Positions 1 to 9,925 of a DNA stretch of 64,000 nt are shown piece by piece. Source of the stretch: Lachnospirales bacterium. GTDB taxonomy: Bacteria; Bacillota; Clostridia; Lachnospirales; CAMZNU01. A program made the position numbers and the translations under genes. Numbering within the stretch: the stretch's first letter is position 1; the number at the start of each line of letters is the position of its first letter. The notes below the pieces were generated by a model. It was given only the letters and a program-made list of their open reading frames with translations, searched no databases and was not told where the DNA came from. Location: assembly GCA_047974375.1 (NCBI GenBank), contig JBKECF010000014.1, positions 1 to 64,000 on the forward strand, given 5' to 3'.

Positions 1-528
1 ATGTATACAGATGATAACGAGAATAGAATATATGAAGGTGAAGTTATAGAAATAGGAAATGAAGCAGAAGAAGCTAATATTAATAATGGTACAATTGATG
101 TAATTCCTATTAAAATTTCAATAAATGATGATGATACTAGTTTATTACGTTCTGGTTTTAGCATTAATATTGATATAATAGTTGCGAATGAAAGCAATGT
201 GACGGCTGTTCCAACTACATCTATTATTACTGATAACACTGGTTCCTATGTGTTTGTAGTAGAAAATGAAGTTTTAGTTAAAACACCTGTAGCCACTGGT
301 GTATCAAATGACAGCATGACAGAGGTTTCAGGCATCAATGAAGGCGTGGAAGTTGTAACAACTGGAAGTATACTTTATACAGATGGAATGAGTGTAAATG
401 ATATACAGCAAAGCGAAAATGCTGGTGGAAATGAAGAAGCTCCTATGGAGATGCAAACATTTTCTATGACGCCAGCAGCTGGAGGTGGTTCAATGCCTTC
501 AGGTGGCGGTCCAAGAGGTGGTTTCTAA
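1..528 (+). CDS. Efflux membrane-fusion (HlyD/MacA/YknX-like) periplasmic adaptor subunit, C-terminal part; the 5' end lies outside the window
   Basis: The ORF is open from base 1. Low-complexity Gly/Ser-rich C-terminus. The TGA stop at 526-528 overlaps the ATG (528-530) of a MacB-type ABC ATPase, the usual yknXYZ/macAB arrangement. Confidence 0.55.
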   Translation: MYTDDNENRIYEGEVIEIGNEAEEANINNGTIDVIPIKISINDDDTSLLRSGFSINIDIIVANESNVTAVPTTSIITDNTGSYVFVVENEVLVKTPVATGVSNDSMTEVSGINEGVEVVTTGSILYTDGMSVNDIQQSENAGGNEEAPMEMQTFSMTPAAGGGSMPSGGGPRGGF

Positions 529-1229
529 TGGCTATTATAGAAATTAATAATTTAAGAAAAGAATATAACCAAGGTGTTGAAACTATTATTGCATTAAATG
601 GCATATCAATGACAGTGAAAAAAGGTGAGTTTGTTTCAATTATGGGTTCTTCTGGTTCTGGTAAATCAACTATGATGAATGTCCTCGGATGTTTAGATAA
701 TGAAGCCAGAGGACAATATATATTAGATAGTGTGGATGTAACAAAAGCTAATGATGATAGCTTAACAGATATAAGAAATAAAAAAATAGGTTTTATATTT
801 CAAAATTTTAATTTATTACCCAAATTTTCAGCTTTAGAAAATGTAGAATTACCATTACGCTACGCTGGTTTAAAAGGCAAGGAAGTTAAAGAAAAAGCTA
901 ACAATGCATTAAGCAAAGTTGGTCTTTTAGATAGAGCTAACCACAAACCTAATGAACTATCTGGTGGTCAAAGACAGCGTGTAGCTGTTGCAAGAGCATT
1001 AGTAAACAACCCTAGTATTTTATTAGCAGATGAACCAACTGGAAACTTAGATTCCAAATCAACTAATGAAATAATAAAAATATTCCAAGATTTAAACAAT
1101 AATGGAGCAACAATTATTATGGTAACCCACGAACATGAGGTCGCTGTACATACTAAAAGGGTTGTTACATTTAAAGACGGCTCGATAATAGAAGATAAAA
1201 TAATAGCACAAAAGCAAATAGAGATTTAG
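528..1229 (+). CDS. ABC transporter ATP-binding protein, MacB/YknY/LolD family
   Basis: Walker A GSSGSGKST, ABC signature LSGGQRQR, Walker B ILLADEPT, 233 aa. Confidence 0.85.
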   Translation: MAIIEINNLRKEYNQGVETIIALNGISMTVKKGEFVSIMGSSGSGKSTMMNVLGCLDNEARGQYILDSVDVTKANDDSLTDIRNKKIGFIFQNFNLLPKFSALENVELPLRYAGLKGKEVKEKANNALSKVGLLDRANHKPNELSGGQRQRVAVARALVNNPSILLADEPTGNLDSKSTNEIIKIFQDLNNNGATIIMVTHEHEVAVHTKRVVTFKDGSIIEDKIIAQKQIEI

Positions 1230-1237
1230 GAGGATGT

Positions 1238-2452
1238 ATGGCGTTTAAGGATATCTTTAAAACAGCTTTTTATAGTGTTTTTTCCAATAAAGTAAGAACT
1301 TTTTTAACGATGCTAGGCATAATAATAGGTATAAGCTCTGTTATAATAATAAGCTCTATAAGTGCAGGCAGTCAAGCAAATATTGATGATCAATTTAGTT
1401 CCATAGGTGCGGGAAATATAACGGTATCAATGAACACTTTTCGCGGAGTAGAAGATAAATATTTATTAAGCGAAGATGAAATGAATGTTGTATCAAAGTT
1501 AAAAGAAATTAATTACGTAAGTCCAGTACAAAACTATACTACCGAAATTAAGCTTTTAGATAAAACTAATAGGAATACTGCCATACTAACAGGGGTAAAT
1601 GAAAATTATTTTTATTTTGATAATCCAGATTTAATATACGGCGAGTACATAAGTGAAAATGATGTAAAAAATAAATCGAAAGTTGCTGTTATAACAAATA
1701 CAACTGCATTAAAAGTTTTTGGTGAGGCATCTAAAAATATAATTGGAAAAGAATTTTCATTAAACAGTTGGAAAGGAGATGTAAAATATACTGTAGTAGG
1801 CATAGTTCATAATGAAAATACTGAGGAAGAAATGCTATATCCAAATGAATATAATGAAGAGATAACGGTTCCATATTCAAGCCTTTACGATTTAACTTAT
1901 AGTGACACCTTTAGCTCTTTAGCTGTAGTAGTAGCAGACCCTGAGTCAGACACAGATTTCTCTACATTGATAACAGATAGATTGAATTCTTACCATGATG
2001 TAGAAAGCTATTATAGAGTTATGAACTTGATGGATATTGCGGATAATATTAATTCAGTAACATCAACAGTAGCAGCTTTAGTTTTATTTGTAGCATGCAT
2101 ATCTCTATTTGTTGGTGGGGTAGGGGTTATGAATATTATGCTGGTAACTGTAACAGAAAGAACTAAGGAAATAGGAATTAGAAAATCCATAGGTGCTAAA
2201 AAACATGATATACTAATTCAATTTTTATTAGAAGCGTTAACCTTAACAAGTGTTGGAGGGGTTATAGGGATTATTATAGGAATTATCGGTGGCGAAGTTA
2301 TAGGATACTTTATGGGAACAGGCAGTGTTGTTTATCCGTCTAGTATTATAGTTTCTGTGGGAGTTTCTACTTTTGTAGGTATTGTGTTTGGTGTTTATCC
2401 GGCAAACAAAGCAAGTAAGCTTAATCCTATAGATGCATTAAGGTACGAATAG
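1238..2452 (+). CDS. ABC transporter permease, FtsX/MacB family (YknZ-like)
   Basis: N-terminal transmembrane segment, large extracytoplasmic domain, C-terminal FtsX-type transmembrane bundle. RBS GGAGGA upstream. Follows the ATPase gene. Confidence 0.8.
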   Translation: MAFKDIFKTAFYSVFSNKVRTFLTMLGIIIGISSVIIISSISAGSQANIDDQFSSIGAGNITVSMNTFRGVEDKYLLSEDEMNVVSKLKEINYVSPVQNYTTEIKLLDKTNRNTAILTGVNENYFYFDNPDLIYGEYISENDVKNKSKVAVITNTTALKVFGEASKNIIGKEFSLNSWKGDVKYTVVGIVHNENTEEEMLYPNEYNEEITVPYSSLYDLTYSDTFSSLAVVVADPESDTDFSTLITDRLNSYHDVESYYRVMNLMDIADNINSVTSTVAALVLFVACISLFVGGVGVMNIMLVTVTERTKEIGIRKSIGAKKHDILIQFLLEALTLTSVGGVIGIIIGIIGGEVIGYFMGTGSVVYPSSIIVSVGVSTFVGIVFGVYPANKASKLNPIDALRYE

Positions 2453-2515
2453 GCGAATTAAAATAAGCTATCTATAAATTGGAAATTAATACAATTTATA
2501 GATAGCTTAAATATT

Positions 2516-3877
2516 TTACTTAAGGAATATATCAATCAAGAAAATTGTAGCAATGATATACATAAGTGGATGAACCTCTTTTTTCTTACCAACAGCTAAT
2601 TTTACTAAAACATATGAAATAAAACCGAAAGCCAATCCTGTAGAAACGTTGTATGTCAATGGCATCATAACAATAGTAACAAAGGCTGGAATAGTTTCTT
2701 CTAAATGGTCAAATTTAATGCTACGTATAGCATCAAACATAAAAATACCAACTACTATAAGTGCTGGAGCAGTGGCAAATGAAGGAATAGCTCCTACAAG
2801 AGGGATAAAAAATAAAGTAAGTGCCATACATATAGCAACCACTACAGAAGTTAATCCTGTTCTACCACCAGCTGCAACACCAGCAGAACTTTCCACATAT
2901 GTTGTTACTGTAGATGTACCTAAAACACCACCAACAGTTGTGCCAATAGCATCAGCTAGTAGAGCTGGTTTTACTCTTGGTAATTTGCCATCTTTGTCTA
3001 ATAAACCTGCTTTTGTAGATACACCAATAAGAGTACCAATAGTATCAAAGATATCAACAAATAAAAGTGTAAATAAAATTGGTAATAAATCTAATATAGA
3101 AATAGATGTAAAAGCGCCACTTTTTAGTGCAGCAAATAAATTGTATCCACCTACATACTTTGGTATTTCGGCTATAGCAAATTGCCCAGCACTATTTGTT
3201 GGATATAAACTGTACATACCAATTTCTGGATTTGGTACATATAGACCTGTCATTTGGCAAATAATACCTAGTACATAAGTTGTAACTATACCAACAAGTA
3301 TAGCTCCTTTTACTTCTTTTAATAATAAGAATAATGTTACCATAACACCGATTATTGTTAATAAAACAGTAATAGACGAAAAGTCACCTAGAGCAAGAGT
3401 AGTGTCTGGATTAGGTACTACAATGCCAGATTGAGTTAATCCAATAAAAGCAATAAACAAACCTAAACCAACTGTAACTGAATGTTTTAAGGTTGACGGT
3501 ATTGCATCAAAAATAGCTTCACGTACATTTAAAAAGGATAATAAAATAAAAATTATACCTTCTATAAATACCGCTAAAAGTGCAACTTCCCATCCGTATA
3601 CAGATGCTACACTAAAAGCAAAAAATGCGTTTAGTCCCATACCTGCTGCCAAAGCGAATGGGTAGTTTGCCATAAATGCCATAGCTAGCGTAGCTATAAC
3701 GCCGGAGATTACTGTTGCAAAAAATACTGCTGTTGGATCCATGCCGGCACTGGATAAAATCTGTGGATTAATTATAAAAATATAGCCCATTGTCATAAAT
3801 GTAGTTATACCTGCATTAATCTCCGTGCCGACTGTCGTACCATGTTCCTTGAGTTTGAAAAATTTTTCTAAGTTCAT
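2516..3877 (-). CDS. NCS2-family purine permease (AzgA/PbuG-like adenine/guanine/hypoxanthine permease)
   Basis: Polytopic membrane protein with NCS2/AzgA-type sequence. The start was trimmed to the ATG at 3877 (MNLEKFF), which is preceded by a GGAGAGG RBS. The tracked ORF extends 15 codons further with no RBS. Confidence 0.75.
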   Translation of the reverse strand: MNLEKFFKLKEHGTTVGTEINAGITTFMTMGYIFIINPQILSSAGMDPTAVFFATVISGVIATLAMAFMANYPFALAAGMGLNAFFAFSVASVYGWEVALLAVFIEGIIFILLSFLNVREAIFDAIPSTLKHSVTVGLGLFIAFIGLTQSGIVVPNPDTTLALGDFSSITVLLTIIGVMVTLFLLLKEVKGAILVGIVTTYVLGIICQMTGLYVPNPEIGMYSLYPTNSAGQFAIAEIPKYVGGYNLFAALKSGAFTSISILDLLPILFTLLFVDIFDTIGTLIGVSTKAGLLDKDGKLPRVKPALLADAIGTTVGGVLGTSTVTTYVESSAGVAAGGRTGLTSVVVAICMALTLFFIPLVGAIPSFATAPALIVVGIFMFDAIRSIKFDHLEETIPAFVTIVMMPLTYNVSTGLAFGFISYVLVKLAVGKKKEVHPLMYIIATIFLIDIFLK

Positions 3878-4090
3878 AATCCTCTCCTTAAAATATAATT
3901 TTGTATATACAGAATTATACAAAACAAAACAAAAAATGTAAAGATATTTCTTAAAGAGTTAGTAAACATAGATTAACTTATTTTCATTAGGCTAGTTTAC
4001 ACCAAAAAGTATAACAATTTTATGGACTCATGAAAGGTTTATTTAATAATTTTTAGTTCAATATAAATTTTTTTTGTATAGTTAAAATAA

Positions 4091-4131
4091 TTAAAAAAAG
4101 ATATATAGATTATAGAATCAACATATCTTTT
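4091..4131 (-). terminator. Rho-independent terminator after the small Cys-protein gene
   Basis: Inverted repeat aaaagatat (4096-4104) / atatctttt (4123-4131) followed on the minus strand by a U-run (plus-strand A-run 4091-4099). Confidence 0.55.
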
Positions 4132-4138
4132 GTGATAG

Positions 4139-4435
4139 CTATGGAGTTTTTACAACATCTAATAAAAAGACATTTATAACATCTGGATCAGAGCAACAGA
4201 CGCGAATATCTCCATGCTCCTTGCCAGTTGGAATAGTACCACCATAGCGCAGAATATCAATATAAGGAAATAGGGTGTGCATTGCCATGGGGCAAAGCTT
4301 TCCGCGATCTTTATCAAAATCAAAAATATCTCCAATTTGATGCCCGCGATGGCATCCATACTTACCTTTACGTTCTACTAGCTTTATCTTTACTTGAGGC
4401 TTATTCAAATAGCATATCTCCTTTCTTTTTTTCAT
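4139..4435 (-). CDS. Small cysteine-containing conserved hypothetical protein (resembles the TIGR04076 family from memory)
   Basis: 98 aa with spaced Cys/His (GCHRGH, LCPMAMH, RVCCSDPD). Own terminator, monocistronic. Confidence 0.4.
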   Translation of the reverse strand: MKKRKEICYLNKPQVKIKLVERKGKYGCHRGHQIGDIFDFDKDRGKLCPMAMHTLFPYIDILRYGGTIPTGKEHGDIRVCCSDPDVINVFLLDVVKTP

Positions 4436-4545
4436 AGAATAACAGAAACTTTGAAACCTATATGTTGTATCAGCAACAAAGATGAGAATATTTTACTAAC
4501 AGATAAAAATCTATAGGTCTTTTACTTAAAAAGTAAAAGATAAAT

Positions 4546-6588
4546 CTATAAATATTGGTGTATATTCTCAAATTCCACTTTCCAATTACCATCTTTAGGA
4601 AATCCTGGGGTTTCAACTCCACAACCTGTATACCCAGCCGTCATAAGAGCAATTGCTATAAGTAATGAACCGTTGCCTGGTAAATAGAGAGGCAAGTCCT
4701 TTCTGGTAATTTGCATATTGTTACCACTTTTTAAATAGCAATTTTTAGGCGTAGTTTTTAATAGTATATCGATTGCTATTTCAGGTTTATTAAGCCTTAC
4801 AGCTGTCATCGCCATTACTGCGAAATCCCAGCCCCACATTGTTTCGTAATTCCAGGAGTTTAATACAAAATTTAATGTATTTTCCATAATTCTTTTATTA
4901 ATTCTATCACTTGGTAATACACCATAGGTTAGCATGGATGGATGATCTATATTAAATTTTGTAAAGGTATCCAAGCATCTTTCATGTGCTAAATAAACTC
5001 CGTTGTATTCTTTAAGTTCAGCCATGTTATTTGCCACATGTAGCCATTTTTTTTCAGTTTTAATTTTTAACCGTCTAGCCCAGTTTAAAGCAATCTTTAG
5101 TGTTACTCTCCAATATTCAATTTCAAAAGCAGGGTTTAGGGTGTTTATTTCTTTATGGCATTCTTGTACAGGAATAACCGGTGGTTCTATATTATATTTT
5201 TTGGTTTCATTATTCCATTGTACAAAGTCGACCATAAATATAGCTGTTTCTTTTACTATCTCCCAATATTTTTCTAAGTACTTATGGTTTTTATTTTCCT
5301 TGTACCCTAGTTCAAGCATAAAGATAATATGAGGTTGTTGCCAAATAAGTAAAGGGGCAATAGGAGAGGGACTGTCAATGGCTTCTGCTGAAACCATTTT
5401 TGGCCATCTAGCACCTTTATATCCATTAATTTTCGCATTGTCAATAGCTTCATTTAGATGCTGCCTATACCAATTTATACTTCTTTCAAGCATATTTGTA
5501 TGATTCCAAAGAGCTAGCCAACTACAATGCCAAAAGTACATTTCTAGGTGCATTTTACCATACCAACTATTACAAGTTAATCCTGTTTCTTGTGGAGGAG
5601 CAGAACCACTTGAATTTATTGCCATAAGGTACTGAGACAAAATAATCCTTCTTTCTAACTCTATGGCTCTTTTATCTGCACTCTCATTGAGCTTTACAAT
5701 TCCGCCTTTGTTCCAGAAATTTTTAAAATATAATTTAGATTTTTCAAAAATACTAGTACTATTAGATGAATTTTGAACTTCATTTTTCCCGAATTTAATA
5801 GTAAGGTTCAAATTTGTGGAATTACAAGAAATGTATATACAATGGTTACTTAAATCAGTTTTTAAATTGCCATTTGAATTAATAGTCATATAGTATATGT
5901 CTTTATCTAAAATTCGCATAATACTAATATTACCTCTGCTTTCATTAAGGATTAGGGTCTTATGTTTTTCTTTATTTACCCAATCTGAACCTGAAATCAG
6001 GTGAGAGCCATAGGGAAAGTCAATAGCAACATTTAACTTATCTTCAATAAAACCTTTAGTTTCAATATTAAAGCCTAGTGTATCATCTCCATATTCGCTA
6101 CAGGCCGTTTTGACCTTTACAGAAGTGCCTAAAATTTTATATTTGCTATTTAATATTCCAGTATATAAATCTAATTCTTGATTTATTTCACTTAACATAG
6201 AAGTGTTTATATCTGTATTATCTTTTTGTAATTTAATTCTTGATAAATTTAATCTATGTGGGTTATGCCTTAACCAATGGTAAATGTATTCGTTTCCTTT
6301 AAATTCTCTTTGTGGGTAAATCACTTGTTTACCTGTACAATTATATTTAGTCATTTTTAAGTCTTTTAAAGTATAAGTTTCTTTATCTGCATTAGTAGGA
6401 GAAGTATGCCAGCCCCATTGTGACATAGTGCAAAGCGGCACATCTTTATATTCATTATAAAGAGTTTGTAATCCTGTTACATCGGCAGTAAATGCTATTT
6501 CACCATTACCTACAGTTAATGGACTATACTTATCAATTTCAAAAAGCTTTGGATTGTGTAGACTAGTTAGTTTTTTTCTATCAATCAT
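4546..6588 (-). CDS. Glycoside hydrolase, probable (alpha/alpha)6 six-hairpin family; family not assigned
   Basis: 680 aa with a Trp-rich C-terminal half typical of six-hairpin glycosidases (WYGKMHLEMYFWHCSWLALWNH). Last gene of the sugar ABC/GH operon. Confidence 0.45.
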   Translation of the reverse strand: MIDRKKLTSLHNPKLFEIDKYSPLTVGNGEIAFTADVTGLQTLYNEYKDVPLCTMSQWGWHTSPTNADKETYTLKDLKMTKYNCTGKQVIYPQREFKGNEYIYHWLRHNPHRLNLSRIKLQKDNTDINTSMLSEINQELDLYTGILNSKYKILGTSVKVKTACSEYGDDTLGFNIETKGFIEDKLNVAIDFPYGSHLISGSDWVNKEKHKTLILNESRGNISIMRILDKDIYYMTINSNGNLKTDLSNHCIYISCNSTNLNLTIKFGKNEVQNSSNSTSIFEKSKLYFKNFWNKGGIVKLNESADKRAIELERRIILSQYLMAINSSGSAPPQETGLTCNSWYGKMHLEMYFWHCSWLALWNHTNMLERSINWYRQHLNEAIDNAKINGYKGARWPKMVSAEAIDSPSPIAPLLIWQQPHIIFMLELGYKENKNHKYLEKYWEIVKETAIFMVDFVQWNNETKKYNIEPPVIPVQECHKEINTLNPAFEIEYWRVTLKIALNWARRLKIKTEKKWLHVANNMAELKEYNGVYLAHERCLDTFTKFNIDHPSMLTYGVLPSDRINKRIMENTLNFVLNSWNYETMWGWDFAVMAMTAVRLNKPEIAIDILLKTTPKNCYLKSGNNMQITRKDLPLYLPGNGSLLIAIALMTAGYTGCGVETPGFPKDGNWKVEFENIHQYL

Positions 6589-6597
6589 TTACATCTC

Positions 6598-7950
6598 CTA
6601 ATTTTGTTGCTTTATAACTAAAACCCAATCATTATGTCCACTTTTTTTATTTGGTGGAATGAATTTAAAAATTTCTTTCAATTCAATTTGGGAGATATAA
6701 TTATAAATACCACTAATAGGGTCAAACCAATAAACATCTCCATGATTAAATTCAGACATGGATAAATCTAATTTAAAAGGGTTACCTAAGTAGGTATAAG
6801 CAAAAATAAAGTCGTTTCCACTGAAAACTGAAATACGTTCATATTTTTCTTGTTGTTTATTAACTAAAAAAGTATCATTATATGTACCATTAATAAAATC
6901 AACAGAAGTTAATAAATTTTTCAAGTGGCTCATTTGACCACTTCCAATATCATTTATAGCTATCTCCCAAAATTCTTTAGCACCATAAGCTGGTTTTTTA
7001 TCAGTTGTTTTATAAAATTGCATTATTGAGTTATGTCCGTAGGTGTGTCCACAAGCCCCTTGAAAAACGGACCAGTATGCGTATCTTCTAACATCATTAT
7101 CGTGCCAATAAGGTTCCTCGGAATCGTGTAAGCCTTGGGGTATTTCTTCGTAGGATGGTTCACCGTCTAGAGTTGGCTTTTTAATAGATTTGGCGTAATC
7201 TTGCTGAACATATTTCCAGGAATCCTCGCCAAAAAAACTTTCTGTTTCCTTATTATCATCCCATTGGCCTAATGAGAATTGATCATAACGCCTGTGCCCA
7301 GATTGAAACATATTAAAATCTAACCAAGGCTCCTTATTAAACCACGCTGAGGAAGAAGTTCTTCCAAAAGGATGATACCCCACTAAGTGATTTGGACAAA
7401 TCTTTTTCAAAGTAGACCCTATTGTATTAAAAACATTTAAGTTTACATCTCCACGAACATCTCCACCTACAAGCCATATAATGTTCTTATTATTTTTATA
7501 TCTATTTCCTAAAAATTCGCTATAAAACTTTGCATTGTCTTGGTTAAGAAAATTTTCTTTCACCATAGAGCCCCAAGCTGGAAGAAGTGCTAAATACATA
7601 TTTAAATTTTCTGCTATTTTTAATACTTCGTCTATATGTGTCCAAAACCCTCCATCTAAATTTGGGTTCGAAAAATCATTATTATATAGCGGAGAATTAT
7701 TTTCTTTCCATACTTCAGGAAGAGAAGATTTTTCTTTATCTAATGCAGGTAGGGCATGTATTATTGTAACTTGAATTACGTTATAGCCTTTTTCTTTTCT
7801 ATTACGCAAGTAGTTGTATGTTTCATCTAAATCTAACTTTGTAAACATTAGCCAAGCTGTATCTCCTAACCAAAAGAAGGGCTTATCCCCATTTTTTAAA
7901 TATCTGTTATTTTCACTAACCTGTAAATTTCCATAGTCCCAAAATTTCAT
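6598..7950 (-). CDS. DUF4038-type glycoside hydrolase (GH140-like, apiosidase family)
   Basis: N-terminal FFWLGDTAWLMF motif, which I recognise as characteristic of DUF4038/GH140, about 450 aa. The start was trimmed to the ATG at 7950 (MKFWDYG), so that it no longer overlaps the upstream permease gene. Confidence 0.55.
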   Translation of the reverse strand: MKFWDYGNLQVSENNRYLKNGDKPFFWLGDTAWLMFTKLDLDETYNYLRNRKEKGYNVIQVTIIHALPALDKEKSSLPEVWKENNSPLYNNDFSNPNLDGGFWTHIDEVLKIAENLNMYLALLPAWGSMVKENFLNQDNAKFYSEFLGNRYKNNKNIIWLVGGDVRGDVNLNVFNTIGSTLKKICPNHLVGYHPFGRTSSSAWFNKEPWLDFNMFQSGHRRYDQFSLGQWDDNKETESFFGEDSWKYVQQDYAKSIKKPTLDGEPSYEEIPQGLHDSEEPYWHDNDVRRYAYWSVFQGACGHTYGHNSIMQFYKTTDKKPAYGAKEFWEIAINDIGSGQMSHLKNLLTSVDFINGTYNDTFLVNKQQEKYERISVFSGNDFIFAYTYLGNPFKLDLSMSEFNHGDVYWFDPISGIYNYISQIELKEIFKFIPPNKKSGHNDWVLVIKQQN

Positions 7951-7964
7951 AATTTTACCCTTTC

Positions 7965-8858
7965 TTATCCTTTTAAGGATCCTATCATAACGCCTTTTAC
8001 GAAGTGCTTTTGTACAAATGGATATATGCATATTACTGGTATACTACCTACAACTATTACAGCGTATTTCATAACTTCTACATTTGCAAGTTTTTGTGTT
8101 TGGTCTGCACTGGCGTTGATCATTTGCTCTACCATATTTGCATTTGCCATAATATTTCTTAAAACAACTTGCAACGGAAATTTATTTTCAGAGCTCATAT
8201 AAATAAAAGCGTCAAAATATGAATTCCAGTGTCCAACTGCATAATACAATATTAATACAGCCATTATAGATTTTGAAACTGGTAAAACTAGTTTTAGCAA
8301 AAGTTGTATATCACTTGCCCCATCTAATTCACCCGCTTCCATCATTTCATCAGGTACTATATTCATAAAAAAAGTTCTAGCTATAACCATATTATAAACT
8401 GATATTGCATTTGGAATTACCAGTGCCCAGATTGAATTTAACATATTTAAATTTTTCACATTTAAATATGTAGGTATAAGGGGAGCCGTAAAAATCATTG
8501 TAAAAACAAATAGACTCATTATTAATTTTCGACCTACAAAATTTTTTCGAGATAATGGATAGGCTGCAAGTATAGTAAAAACTATATTAATACTAGTTCC
8601 TATTACTGTATATTTTATAGAGTTTAAGTATCCACCTTTTATCATAGAAGAATTAAATATTTGTTTATACGCATCTAAAGTAAAACTTTTAGGTAAAATA
8701 AAAATTCGTCCAGCAATAACCTCTTTAGGTGAAGAAAATGACTGTGCTATTACATTTAGTATAGGCAAAGAAACAATCAATAAAGCAAAAGTTAATAGTA
8801 GCGAATTTATAAAGAAAAAAATTTTATCTCCATTTGTATCATTGTAATTAATTAACAT
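7965..8858 (-). CDS. Carbohydrate ABC transporter permease (LplC/YesQ-like, MalG family)
   Basis: 6-TM permease with an EAA-like loop, 297 aa, in an operon with a second permease and a large SBP. Confidence 0.8.
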   Translation of the reverse strand: MLINYNDTNGDKIFFFINSLLLTFALLIVSLPILNVIAQSFSSPKEVIAGRIFILPKSFTLDAYKQIFNSSMIKGGYLNSIKYTVIGTSINIVFTILAAYPLSRKNFVGRKLIMSLFVFTMIFTAPLIPTYLNVKNLNMLNSIWALVIPNAISVYNMVIARTFFMNIVPDEMMEAGELDGASDIQLLLKLVLPVSKSIMAVLILYYAVGHWNSYFDAFIYMSSENKFPLQVVLRNIMANANMVEQMINASADQTQKLANVEVMKYAVIVVGSIPVICIYPFVQKHFVKGVMIGSLKG

Positions 8859-8873
8859 TTTAAATTTCCCTTT

Positions 8874-9881
8874 CTACCATAAGCTAGTTTCATTAACCTT
8901 TTTAGAAATTTGGTTTACCATTATTAGCATTACTAAAGAAACAACTGACTGAAATAAACCTATTGCTGTAGAGTAACTGTATTGCATGGATTCTAAGCCA
9001 ATTCTATACACGTAGGTGGATATTATATCAGCAGTTTGCATATTTAAAGGGTTTTGCATAAGCAACGCTTTCTCATAACCCAATGTAAGTACACGACCAC
9101 ATGCCATTATTAATAGTATAACAATAGTAGGGGTGATACTTGGAACATCAATATGTAAAACTCTTTTCCATGTTGAAGCTCCATCAACTATAGCTGCTTC
9201 ATAAAGTTCTTGAGGTATAGAAGCTAATGCTGCAATATATATAACTGCACTATATCCCGCTCCTTGCCAAACGCCAGAAAAAACATACAACGTTCTAAAC
9301 CATTTTGGTTCTCCCATAAATTGTATGGGTGCAAATCCGAAAAAATTTATTATATTATTTATAGGACCTTGCAGTGACAGTAATTGAGTCATTATGCCTA
9401 CAACTAAAACCGTTGAAATGAAGTATGGCATGTATGTAATCATTTGAACTACTTTACCAAACTTCTTTTTTCTGCAACAGTTCAATGAAATAGCAAGAAT
9501 AATAGGCGGAAACATACCTATAAAAATATTGTAGACCGATAAAATTATTGTATTCTTCATTAGTTCACTAAATTTAGGAGAATTAAAAAATGTAATGAAG
9601 TGTTTTAATCCGTATTGCGTAGTCCAAGGGCTTCCGGCTATGCCGTTACTAAAATTGTAGTCTTTAAAAGCAATACGTGAGCCCCACATAGGTATATATC
9701 TAAATACAAATAGATATATAAGAGGCAAGGCGATTAGTATATATAGCTGCCAATGCCTGAGTATTTTTTTGTAAATTTCCTGATACTTATACCTATAAAT
9801 TACCTTTAGTTTTTTATTTTTTATATTGTTCAAAATAACACCTCTTAAAAAATTTTTAAAAAAAGTATTCCAATGCCTCAC
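8874..9881 (-). CDS. Carbohydrate ABC transporter permease (LplB/YesP-like)
   Basis: 335 aa polytopic permease. GTG start at 9879-9881 preceded by GGGAG. Confidence 0.8.
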   Translation of the reverse strand: MRHWNTFFKNFLRGVILNNIKNKKLKVIYRYKYQEIYKKILRHWQLYILIALPLIYLFVFRYIPMWGSRIAFKDYNFSNGIAGSPWTTQYGLKHFITFFNSPKFSELMKNTIILSVYNIFIGMFPPIILAISLNCCRKKKFGKVVQMITYMPYFISTVLVVGIMTQLLSLQGPINNIINFFGFAPIQFMGEPKWFRTLYVFSGVWQGAGYSAVIYIAALASIPQELYEAAIVDGASTWKRVLHIDVPSITPTIVILLIMACGRVLTLGYEKALLMQNPLNMQTADIISTYVYRIGLESMQYSYSTAIGLFQSVVSLVMLIMVNQISKKVNETSLW

Positions 9882-9925
9882 ATCAGAATACTCCCATTTA
9901 CTTATTATAATTTTAGGATACTAGT

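Noticed and set aside
2649-3278. Antisense or embedded ORFs inside real genes (for example 2649-3278, 5003-5332, 10260-10538, 18725-18991, 39219-39677, 43785-44270, 49053-49553)
   Set aside because: Each lies wholly within and opposite to (or out of frame with) a well-supported gene, has low-complexity composition and no RBS. They are typical ORF-finder artefacts in AT-rich DNA.
3878-4138. Possible purine riboswitch upstream of the NCS2 purine permease
   Set aside because: I looked for the guanine/adenine aptamer core (reverse complement of UAUA...GGGA.AUGGCCC...GUUUCUACC) on the minus strand and did not find it. The region is plain AT-rich spacer with a terminator.
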